NCBI GenBank assembly: GCA_012026655.1
Contig: JAAILG010001717.1
Location: forward strand, 1 to 62,662
Direction of reading: 5' to 3'
Source of the DNA: Hydrolagus affinis
Taxonomy: Eukaryota
Length of the DNA stretch: 62,662 nt
Part shown: in pieces, positions 53,600 to 62,662 of the stretch
Layout: each line of letters starts with the position of its first letter
Numbering within the stretch: the first letter of the stretch is position 1
Notes under the pieces: model-generated
What the model was told of the DNA's origin: nothing
Database searches by the model: none
What the model saw: only the letters and a program-made list of their open reading frames with translations
Program-made: the position numbers and the translations under genes

Positions 53600-53731
53600 G
53601 AGTTCCTACTTAATATTAGGTAAACAGTGGAGTAAAGAAACTTACTCAATGTTTCACCCTGCCCAGGAATTAAACCCAGGTCCTATCGCTTTTGAGATGA
53701 GTGCTCTAATCGCTACTCTAAAAGACTCCAC
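53600..53731 (-). mobile_element. tRNA-SINE 5' half
   Basis: Degenerate head gtggagtct..gattagagcactc..gacctgggtttaattcc. Confidence 0.7.
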
Positions 53732-53836
53732 AGGATTTTAGAAATATATTGGGATGTCGCTAGAATGTAGTACATTACTTGTAAGAGTCACAAAACAGCA
53801 CTAATTGTGATCAATACATTTAAGAAGTTAATACAT

Positions 53837-53905
53837 TTTATTACAACAAGGCAAAGTCTGATTTTGCACTAGAGCCATGATAAGAGTATAAAAATACGTT
53901 TTATT
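53837..53905 (-). terminator. Candidate polyadenylation signals of the protocadherin gene
   Basis: Minus-strand AATAAA at 53905-53900 and 53842-53837, within an AT-rich 3' UTR about 200-260 nt past the stop. Confidence 0.55.
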
Positions 53906-54099
53906 GGAAAAATAATATATAAATAGAGTACAAAATGTATTTTTAAAATACAAACATAATTACACTTAAATTGGTATACTTAATGTGAAAATAAAAGTCA
54001 TAGACACATTTACTTGATAAATGCAAATAGTTGGCAATGACACTGCTAACTTCCAGTTTCCCATAAAAAAGAAGGAAAGAAATATAAACAGAACCATTT

Positions 54100-54752
54100 C
54101 TAGCTCTGCCGGACATCTTGTAAAAGTTTGTTGATCTCTGCTACAAGTTCACTGGCATCAATGAGTTCATGTTTGCTCTCGCGTTTGCAAGGATTCAGCT
54201 GGCTGAGAACGTTGTCAAACTCATCTTCTTCGTAATTCTCTGGGATCTCCTCCATGGCTGGCAACCATTTGCAGGCAGGTTGGGGAGTAACATGATTAAC
54301 AGGGGCAAGACCAACACTGCTCACTGGATTCTGGAAATTTGTGCTTGCTGCCCAAGCTGCCACCCCTTGGGGGTATGGCATAGTTTTTGCTGCCAAATGT
54401 CCTTTCTTATTTTCCAAAGAACCCATGCTGCTGGTCTCATTGCATTCTGCATACATGTCCATTTGGGGAGGCAGCAATCGTTGGAAAACACTGTTCATTT
54501 CTGACAGGAGGGAAGAGGTCCCCAAATCCTCTGCCTCTCCACCCTGGGACTCTTTGCCGAAGGTCAAGAAGCTTTTCTTCTTCCCGCTGGAATCGGATGA
54601 GTCACAATCGTCCTCTTGCAGTTGCTGAGTGACCTCACTAGGATTAAACAGATTGCTCCTGTAATCAGCAGAAACTCCTGAAGATAAAGGAGGCATCCAG
54701 CACTGATCGGAATGGCCAAGCACCTTGCATTCATCTGTGCACAGCTTCATTG
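54100..54752 (-). CDS. PCDH18: Protocadherin-18-like exon 4 (CM2, WIRS, C-terminus)
   Basis: Acceptor TATTACAG|CA ATG. Encodes CM2 CTDECKVLGHSDQCWMP, WIRS-type FLTFGK, and WLPAMEEIPENYEEDEFDNVL. Stop TAG at 54102-54100. Confidence 0.95.
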
Positions 54753-56438
54753 CTGTAATAGAAACAAAATCTTTCCATTATCATGCAAGATGCCATCCTT
54801 CAAAACATCGGGAACATTTGAACACACGACAGAAAATGTACGAATCATTTCTCCATAACGCCTGCAGCGCTACTTGCAGTGAACGTTTATAATGAACCTG
54901 CCGTCTCTTTCCCAGGGCAGACATTAAATATAACATTTCACTATGAAGTAGAGAAATTTTCAGAGCATTACACCAAAAAACAACAGGGAGAGCTTATAAA
55001 ACAGAATGTGACTGAGGGCAGGAAGCATCAGATAGCACAGTAAAGGAAGATAACCTTAGTTGTGGCCATCTCAAAGTAAATTGATCAGTTTTCTTTCCAA
55101 TCTAAGCATTTACCACTTAGACTTGACAATTTCTGTGAGCCACATAAATGAAGTGCAAGATACCTATGTATGCATTGCCAATGTGGGCAGATCCTTTGAT
55201 TAAATGGGTCTTGGCTGGAGACAGGAATTTTAAGATCTGGACACTAGGAATCATACAATCCATTTATCACCAGGGATATAATACTAACAGTACTACCTCC
55301 ACTGATCACTAAGGGGACTTAATCAAAGGGGTTTGTAAGCAATCAACCTAATTTCTGATACAAATTAAGATCACAGTACAAAAATTACAATTTTAATGAA
55401 CTGGCAATAACCCAGATTGGCTCAAATCAAAGTTGCACAACCTAAAAATATCACCTTAGTGCAGTAGAGAAAGCTCTTTGGAGTTTGGGTTTGAAGTACA
55501 TTATTGCAAGAAATACCATGTATAAATCAAGCGGTTGACCTGGTCTGGCATTGCATGATATTGGCACTGGGCACAAAGGTTTGTTTTTAAAATGTTCCAA
55601 TTATGTTCTCCAGAAATTGTGAACATTAAAAAAATCAATAAAATTGTAAAACACTAGAAGTTATTAAAACAAGTTCCCGCCCACCCCAATGGTCTAGTGA
55701 ATAAAGATATTGTCTGATGGAACACCAGCTCATACTGAACAAAATGTTGTAGGTTGGATTCAATCCTGTAAGTAAATTCACTTTATGGCTGTCTGTGGGA
55801 CATTGCTGTGCACAAATTGGCTGCCAAATTCACCTATAAAATACACACTTTACAGCAAATCCTGTAAAGCACTTTGAAATTTCCTCCTGATATGAAAGGA
55901 ACTATTATATATAAGGATCATTAATTATTATTATCTTATTTCAGCTGAGGCAGATGTTGAGTTGCTATAATTGGCCTCAGCTCCTTTGGATGAGGGAGGA
56001 AGAAAAGTGGTTTCTGTTCCAGTCAGTCAGATTGCCAGGTCAATGGAAATTACTGCCAGTCCTGGGGGCTGTGATATTTTGAAACCGTTGCTGGATAGTC
56101 TGTGTGTATGATAGTTGGACAAGGGCAGGAGCAGGCTTGGCTGTGATACCCCTCTCCCCCACGGTTGAACAGATTACCAACACTTGTTGTCAAGGTTCTT
56201 GCATAGAAAATGTAACTTGGTTGACATACTTGAGAATGCCAATAGGTGTATATCCCAGTAAAAGAAAACAAATACCTCCAAATGGTGGCGTGGTAAAATA
56301 ATTGGGGGGATAAAAATTCCTGGGGAAATAACTACCAGTAAATGCAACTAAACCTTTGGAAGTGTATAGCCATACAACGTAAGTAAGTTACAGGTGCACC
56401 AAGATAACAAAAGCATTATATTAATGTGATAATGATAC

Positions 56439-56605
56439 CTGGGTGAAATCGATGGCTATCAGTGACAAAGAGATCGCTGAAACCTTCACCAAGAAGTCTG
56501 TCAATAGGAGAGTCTCTGCCCAAGTCATAATCACTGTCCCCAGCTTCACTATCTCCCCGACCACTGTCCTTCAGACTGAATTTGTCCATATCCTGAAGGG
56601 CATAT
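56439..56605 (-). CDS. PCDH18: Protocadherin-18-like exon 3 (CM1 motif, 167 nt)
   Basis: Acceptor TTCTCCAG after a 98-nt intron. Encodes [55 protein letters not shown]. Donor CCAG|GTATCA. Confidence 0.95.
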
Positions 56606-56703
56606 CTGGAGAAAGATAGGAAAGAGTAAATCATTAATACTCCACACTGTTTGATACAAAGCAACCCCTCAGAGAGAGGAATGAAGTTAAACAAAAACCT
56701 TAC

Positions 56704-56792
56704 CTATAACTTCTTGAATATTTATTTCCTCGAAAGTTGGGTCTGGGTTGGTACTGACCCTGGTGCAGCATGCTCAGCAACTGGGAAACTTG
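56704..56792 (-). CDS. PCDH18: Protocadherin-18-like exon 2 (89 nt)
   Basis: Acceptor TAG at 56795-56793. Encodes [29 protein letters not shown](R). Donor AG|GTAAGG. Too short for the ORF track and read by hand. Confidence 0.93.
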
Positions 56793-59025
56793 CTAGATGG
56801 TGACAGAGAGGAAGAAGAAACTTAAGTGTCAATCGATCATTTTTTAATTGAAAACCACTTCTATTATAATGTCCTGAGATGGTGTACAGTATTCATGTTG
56901 AAAAGTGCATTCAGTTATTCCGTTATCCAATTCACTGAAAGGCATGACCCCAGTATCAGAAATTTCACATTTTTGTAACTGAACAGCTATAATTAGTAAT
57001 TTTGTAAAAGATCACTTCTCGTTTCAGCTTTCTAAGCACAGTAAAATGTAAAGTAGTTAATAAAATATGCAAATGGATGGTATAATTAATTGATCCTTAA
57101 CAGATTTCGAACCCTACTTATTCCTGATCTAGCAGAAAGCAACTAATGAACTATTTTGACATATAATAATAAATAATAATAACAACAATAATCCTTGCAT
57201 TTGGCATTGTGTCTATCACCAAATATGATATATATACAAACACACATTGTATATATATAGTATATGTATACTATATAACTGTAACTCTAATTGGCTTTGT
57301 ACTGAGAATGGCTGTTATAAACAAAAACTAACTACTGTACATGATTTAAGATCAGGCAAACAACAACATAAAATGTAAACTGAATCAAGTTTTAGGCATA
57401 TTTTTGTTAATTGCCCAGATATGGCATTTGCATGTTATAATGACTGAGCAAACTTTCCCATTTGCTTTTCGGTTTTAAGTTTGATGAGTCCAGATTCTCT
57501 CATAAGGCTGCTTTAACTCCATATCTTAACCATCCTATACTCCAGTCACATGTATTTGAACATCCACTACAATTCAAATGGAGCTGCAGATTTCCATCTC
57601 TGGAACCTGGGTATGAATCAGCACAAGCTGGTGGGTGTGACCAGCCCCCTCTTGGAATGTTTTTAAAAAGCCCATGAGAATTTAATTTGGGCAGATCAAT
57701 AGACATAATTTTATCTCCCTCTGAGAAGCAGCACAAACAGCTGAGGAATGAAATGGAAAATACCACATTGGCACAATAGGGGTTCCATTCCAGAAGTTAA
57801 GTTTAAAGTACATTGCTGGGCAGTAAATGGACTGCCCAGCCCATGAAATGTTTACCAATAACTTCAATAATTACTTTTGTTTTTCTTTCTTGGTCTCCCA
57901 TATAAGCAGACCTGGGGTTAGCTTCCATTTCACATCATTGAGAACAAAATAACCTTTAAGAAAAACGAATTCCCAAAATAACAAATCTCAGCAGGACTCA
58001 AACATCCCAGCTTTGGGTACGTATAGATTTAATTTAGCTCTGCTTAAATGATCCAACTTTATTGTGTTAAGACTTTTTCAACATCCCACCCCACCCACTC
58101 ATGTTTTACTGCACAGGCAAATTCCAGCCAGCCAGTGGTTTGGGAAAGAAGTGAAGAGCAATTCAAGTGATATTAGCAAGGAGCATTAGTTTCCAGTGAA
58201 CTGTGGACAGTGAGATGATACAAGAGTAAATCCAATGTTTATAGATTGAACCGAGCCTATCATTGCCTTTCAGCTAATATGATATGATTCACATCTCCAC
58301 TTGGGAGGCTGACCTGAACTCCCTGGTGACTTTGTTGCTCAATAAGTTAGCTGATTGGCAGTCCTTATTATGAAGATTACATGGATGAATGGATGTGCAA
58401 TGGTATTCAGGCACATGGCTGTTTAAGGGTATCATCTCCTGATATGAAATTTTAAAAAGCGCTATAAGGTTCAGAAGTAATTTTGTTGTTGCTGTTCTTC
58501 TCGGGTCAATGCATTTGACAGCAAGAGTTAAGTGTATAAACAATTACATTCAGCGTCAATTGCTCATTGTGTGTTGAGCTGGAGCTGGGACTGGTAAAAT
58601 AAAAAAAATGGCAAATCAGTGGATACATCCAAACAGAAATGGAGGCCAGTCTGCAAGTGGCCACATTCTCCACCCGCCCACCTGTCCTTTGCGGACAACA
58701 TCCCTGAAAAGTACCACATACAACAAAGCAACATTTATAGAGCACCTTTCACTTGGGGGGCTGGGGGGTGTGACGACGTCCCAATGCGCTGTATATAAGG
58801 ACACAGTCCTTATCTATGTAAAGTGGAGACTATGGATACAACATCTACATTCTGTCCAAAACTTTCCTAGCATCTTGTCCTCTGGTAAAGCCTGGCTACA
58901 GCCTCCAGCCTCCCCACACCCCAATGTTTGACAAAAGGTAAGAGAGAGGGAGGGAGAGGTGAGGGAGAGAGAGAGAATGACACCCAGGACAAGATACTCA
59001 TTCATTCATCGCAAACCATGTTCAT

Positions 59026-59027
59026 GT

Positions 59028-59058
<31 letters not shown>

Positions 59059-59065
59059 CACACAC
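59026..59065. repeat. (TA)n/(CA)n microsatellite at the start of intron 1
   Basis: tatacatacatatatata..tacacacac. Confidence 0.9.
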
Positions 59066-59079
59066 TGATGCTCACTCAC

Positions 59080-61575
59080 CTCGACAGGGGGAGAGGCGTG
59101 TGTGAGCTCCAGGGCGAAGTTCTCGGGCAAGTTCAGGTTGGACGACAGAGTCACCAGGCTGTTGAGTGACTGGCGGCTGTGGTTGGTTTGCCTGCTGCAC
59201 ATCTGGCCCCGATCCACTCCCGAGAGGGTGGGCGAGGAGGAGGGGGAGGCCCTGTGCTGGGAGCGGATGGGCAGAGTGCCTGTGGCCGTGTGCACCAAGG
59301 TGATGTCCCCCTTGTGGATCTGCCTGGACGGCCGCTTGGGGTGGTGCTGGTAGGTGGACTCCGCCACACGGCAGTTGTAGGACCTGTTGTCCTTCTTCTC
59401 TCGGTTGCACCTGGTGGCGAACATGCCCATGATCACCAGCAGCGCGGCGCAGACCACTCCCAGCGAGATGATGATGATCATGGAGGAGTCCAGAGCGGGC
59501 GGCTCCCCGCCGGCCGTCATCTCGGGAAGGTCATCAGGCCCCGTCAGGGAGATCCTCAAGGTGGCCAGGGAGCTCAGGCTGGAAGCCCCTTTGTCCTGCA
59601 CAACCACCAATATCTCCCAGCCCTTCTCCTGCACCGAACTCAAGCTGCGGTTGGTGTAGATGTTGCAGGTCCTGGCGTCCATCGTGAAGGTCCCCCGTTG
59701 GTTGCCACCCAGGATGGCGCAGGCCAACTCGCCGTTAGCGCCGGAGTCCTTGTCTATGGCCCTCACGGTGGTCACCAGGGAGCCAACTCCGGCTCCCACG
59801 GGCAGCAGGACCTCGGCTGTCCCGTTCCGCAGAGCGGGAGTCACGATCAGAGGCGCGTTGTCGTTCTGGTCGATGACACTCAGGACCACGGTGGCGTTGC
59901 TGCTCAGCTGGCGGCTGCCCCCGTCCCTGGCCTGGACCGTGAAAGAGATCCTGGTGATCTCCTCGTGGTCGAAGGTCCTGAGGGCGTAGATGGCGCCGTT
60001 GGATGGGTCGATGGTCACGAAGGTGGTGATGGAGCTGCCGGACAGGTAGAACTCCAGGATGGTGTAAGTCACTTGGCCGTTCTCTCCCAAATCCGGATCG
60101 CTGGCCGTCACCGAGGTGATGTAAGCGCCAGGGGAGTTGTTCTCGGGCCAGAAGAGCTCGTAGGTGTCCTTCTCGAACCGAGGGGCGTTGTCGTTTTCAT
60201 CCGTGAGTTGGACGGTCAGGTACTTGAAAGTGGAGAAACTCGGGGAGCCCATGTCCCTGGCCATCACTTTGAGGCTGTACTCGGGGATGCCCTCCCTGTC
60301 CAAGGTGGCGTTGGTCTTGATCATGTACTGCTTCTCGTTGGTTTGCTGGAGCCAGAAGTGCCAATGGCCTTCCAGGTGACACGACACTTGCCCGTTCAGC
60401 CCCGAATCCTTGTCCTGGACACGGACCAAGGCGATGAAGGTGTCCCTCGGGGCCGCCTCGGACAGGCGAGCCACGTCTTTGCCCAAAGGCATGAGGCTGA
60501 TGGTGATCTCGGGCTGGTTGTCATTCACGTCCACCACTTTGACGATGATCTTGCAATGGGCGGGGACGGAGTTGGGACCCAGGTCCTGAGCTTGGGCGTC
60601 TATCTCGTAGGTCTGGCTGACCTCGAAGTCCACCGATCTCAGGAGGGTCAAGTGACCGCTGTCGGGGTCGATGCTGAAGGTGTCCGTGATCTGGGGGGAA
60701 ACGTGGCTGCTGAAGGAGTAGATGACTTTGCCATTGCTGCCCTGGTCGGCGTCCGTGGCGTTCAGGTCGAGGAGCAGGGAGCCCTGTGGCGAGCTCTCCA
60801 GTAGCTCGATGGTGTAGGCAACTTGCTCGAAGACCGGGCTGTTGTCGTTGGAGTCGGCGATGCTGATCTTGAGGAGCGAGGAGCCGGATTTCCGAGGGAC
60901 CCCTTTATCCGAGGCCATGAGGACCAGCTGGTAACTGGCTTGTTGCTCCCTGTCCAGCTCCCGGATCACCAGCAGATCCGCGTACTTGGCGCCGTCGGTC
61001 CGGGTGCGCACCTCGAGCGCAAAGTGTTCATTGGGTGTCAACGAGTAATCGTGGAGAGAGTTGTCGCCCACGTCTGGGTCCACGGCGCTATCCAGAGGGA
61101 ACCTGGCTCCCACCGAGGCGCTCTCGTAGATCTCCACCGGGATGACGGGCCTGGGGAAGCGGGGGGAGTTGTCGTTGATGTCCAGCACCTCCACTTCGAT
61201 CTGGATGAGTTGCAGATGCTCGGTGGGCAGAGTGATCACGTCGAAGGCGATGGCGCAGGGGGAGGCGTTGGGTTTGCACAGCCTCTCCCGGTCGATGCGT
61301 TCGGCGATGCTGACCTCCCCGTCCTCTTCGCGCACGGCCAGCAGCGAGGAGTTCAGCCTCTGCATCACCCGAAAGCGTCTGGACGAAGGGTTCAACTTGT
61401 CGGCCAAAGTTTCCGACAGTTTCCCGATCACGGTGCCCACCGGCTGCTCCTCGTACACTCGGTACTTGACGGTGATCGCCTCCACTCCCCGACACCAGCA
61501 GCCAAACAGCAGCGCAAACCACAGCAATAGAGCGGGAGATCCCACACGCTCCGCTCGCTTCTCCGTCTCACTCAT
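59080..61575 (-). CDS. PCDH18: Protocadherin-18-like exon 1 (signal peptide, EC1-EC6, TM, juxtamembrane region)
   Basis: ATG at 61575 (A at -3) starts MSETEKRAERVGSPALLLWFALLFGCWCRGVEA. Cadherin motifs DRE, DxNDNxP and AxDxD recur six times. TM is SMIIIISLGVVCAALLVIMGMFA, followed by RCNREKKD..YNCRVAESTYQHHPKRPSRQIHKGDITLV. Donor GAG|GTGAGT at 59080/59079. Confidence 0.95.
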
Positions 61576-62329
61576 ATTGCTTTGCGGCAACTTTTGTTGT
61601 TGTTCTTCTCGTTGTTCTTCTTCTTCTTTCACTTCTGGCCTCCCCTCCCTCCCCTCTCCTCACCCTTCCCTCTCCTCACCCTTCCCTCTCCCGTCTTCCG
61701 ATCACTACTAGATTTGCTTGTCAAACCAACACAAGCACACACACACTCTCTCTCTCTCTCTCTCTCACACACACAGACACGACAGTGTGACTTGGTTTCA
61801 GACAGTCCCCCTCTTCCTCATTCACAGTCCAGTGCGAACATCTGTTCGTTAGATGTCTTGACACAACTCAAAAGACAGAACAGCCTCTCTTCTCGCTTGT
61901 TATTTTTTGGGGGGGAAAAAAAGACTAAAAAAAAACTTCTGGAAAAGAAGTTTCAACATCTACAGTCAGTACTTGTTGCTTTATACTTCTTTCACCTTCT
62001 CCTTTGGTCTCAAAGCGACTGTGTCCGAATCACTCACTCACTCACGACTCGAAAGTATTGTTTGTCGCGCAAAAAACACATGCAAAAACTCTTTATCTAT
62101 ATATAACAAGAGAGAGAAGTTTCATGCAAAGCATTTTTTTGTTAGAGAGACAAACAGAAGAGAAAGCAAGTCAGCGGTGGTATGTGTTGTGGTTGATGTG
62201 AGAGAGTGAGTGAGGAGCAAGACTGTGTTGCAAGAGCCGACCATCTGTTCTCTGCCTCTCTCACAGACAGACATACACACACACACATACATACACACAC
62301 TGGTCGAGCTCAACACTAAACTTCACTCA

Positions 62330-62560
62330 AACTCGCCCAAACTTTTGCCAGGACGCGTGCCGCCGGCCGGCAGCCAATCGCCAGCCTCTCCCCCCACAAC
62401 TCTCACTCCCCAACCCCTCCCACCCACCCACTTTCCTCCGCATCGTCACCGAGACTGGGGCAGGGGCTGGGGGCTGGACTGGGCAGGTCGCCGCCCATCG
62501 CAGGGCAACAAGGCTCCCAAACCTGTGAACAATTAACAAACAGTGTGACAGGCGGGAGGG
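62330..62560 (-). promoter_or_regulatory. Putative proximal promoter of the protocadherin gene
   Basis: Local CpG/GC-rich patch (ggacgcgtgccgccggccgg) with a CCAAT box (agccaatc, ~62372) and GC-box-like runs, about 0.8 kb upstream of the ATG. The intervening leader is rich in (CT)n/(CA)n. Confidence 0.5.
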
Positions 62561-62662
62561 AAAACAAAAGAAACTCACACTTTCTGTTTAAAGTCTCTTC
62601 TCTTCAATCTCTACAACTTCCCCACATTCTCTCTCTCTCTTCTCCCCCCTCTCTCTCTCTCT

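Larger units (their letters stand above)
54100..61575 (-). other. PCDH18: Protocadherin-18-like gene span (delta-2 non-clustered protocadherin), 4 coding exons, 1134 aa
   Basis: Exons of 2496+89+167+653 nt = 3405 nt join in frame through GT-AG introns (phases 0, 2, 1). Product has a signal peptide, 6 cadherin repeats, TM, CM1, CM2, a WIRS motif and the C-terminus ELVAEINKLLQDVRQS typical of PCDH18. Orthologue versus paralogue is unresolved (see findings). Confidence 0.85.

Noticed and set aside
59179-61530. Long plus-strand ORFs (541 aa and 235 aa) antisense to exon 1
   Set aside because: Shadow frames caused by the high GC3 of the cadherin exon. No independent protein features.
61576-61632. 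N-terminal extension MKEEEEQREEQQQK in the ORF track
   Set aside because: Begins at GTG and translates a microsatellite. The ATG at 61575 directly precedes the signal peptide.

Overview
Vertebrate genomic DNA with one 100-N gap (7325-7424). The repeat content (L2-tailed tRNA SINEs, Deu-domain SINEs, CR1, L2, Penelope) suggests a cartilaginous fish, which is an inference. One protein-coding gene is well supported: a four-exon delta-2 protocadherin of the PCDH18 type on the minus strand, join(61575..59080, 56792..56704, 56605..56439, 54752..54100), 3405 nt / 1134 aa, with all introns GT-AG and in phase. It has 3' polyA signals and a CpG-rich promoter-like region at the right end. The ~54 kb downstream is a gene desert of retroposon debris mixed with unique, transcription-factor-motif-rich blocks that look like conserved non-coding elements. 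The most notable structures are: a 506-bp fold-back mariner derivative made of two transposon 3' ends with a scrambled transposase core; two inverted copies of a Tigger/pogo-like MITE; a decayed near-full-length Penelope-like element; LF-SINE-like and Deu-SINE relics; and a protocadherin with a PCDH18-like tail but many PCDH12-like ectodomain residues. I found no convincing new multi-gene system. Family assignments rest on recalled consensus motifs, not database searches.
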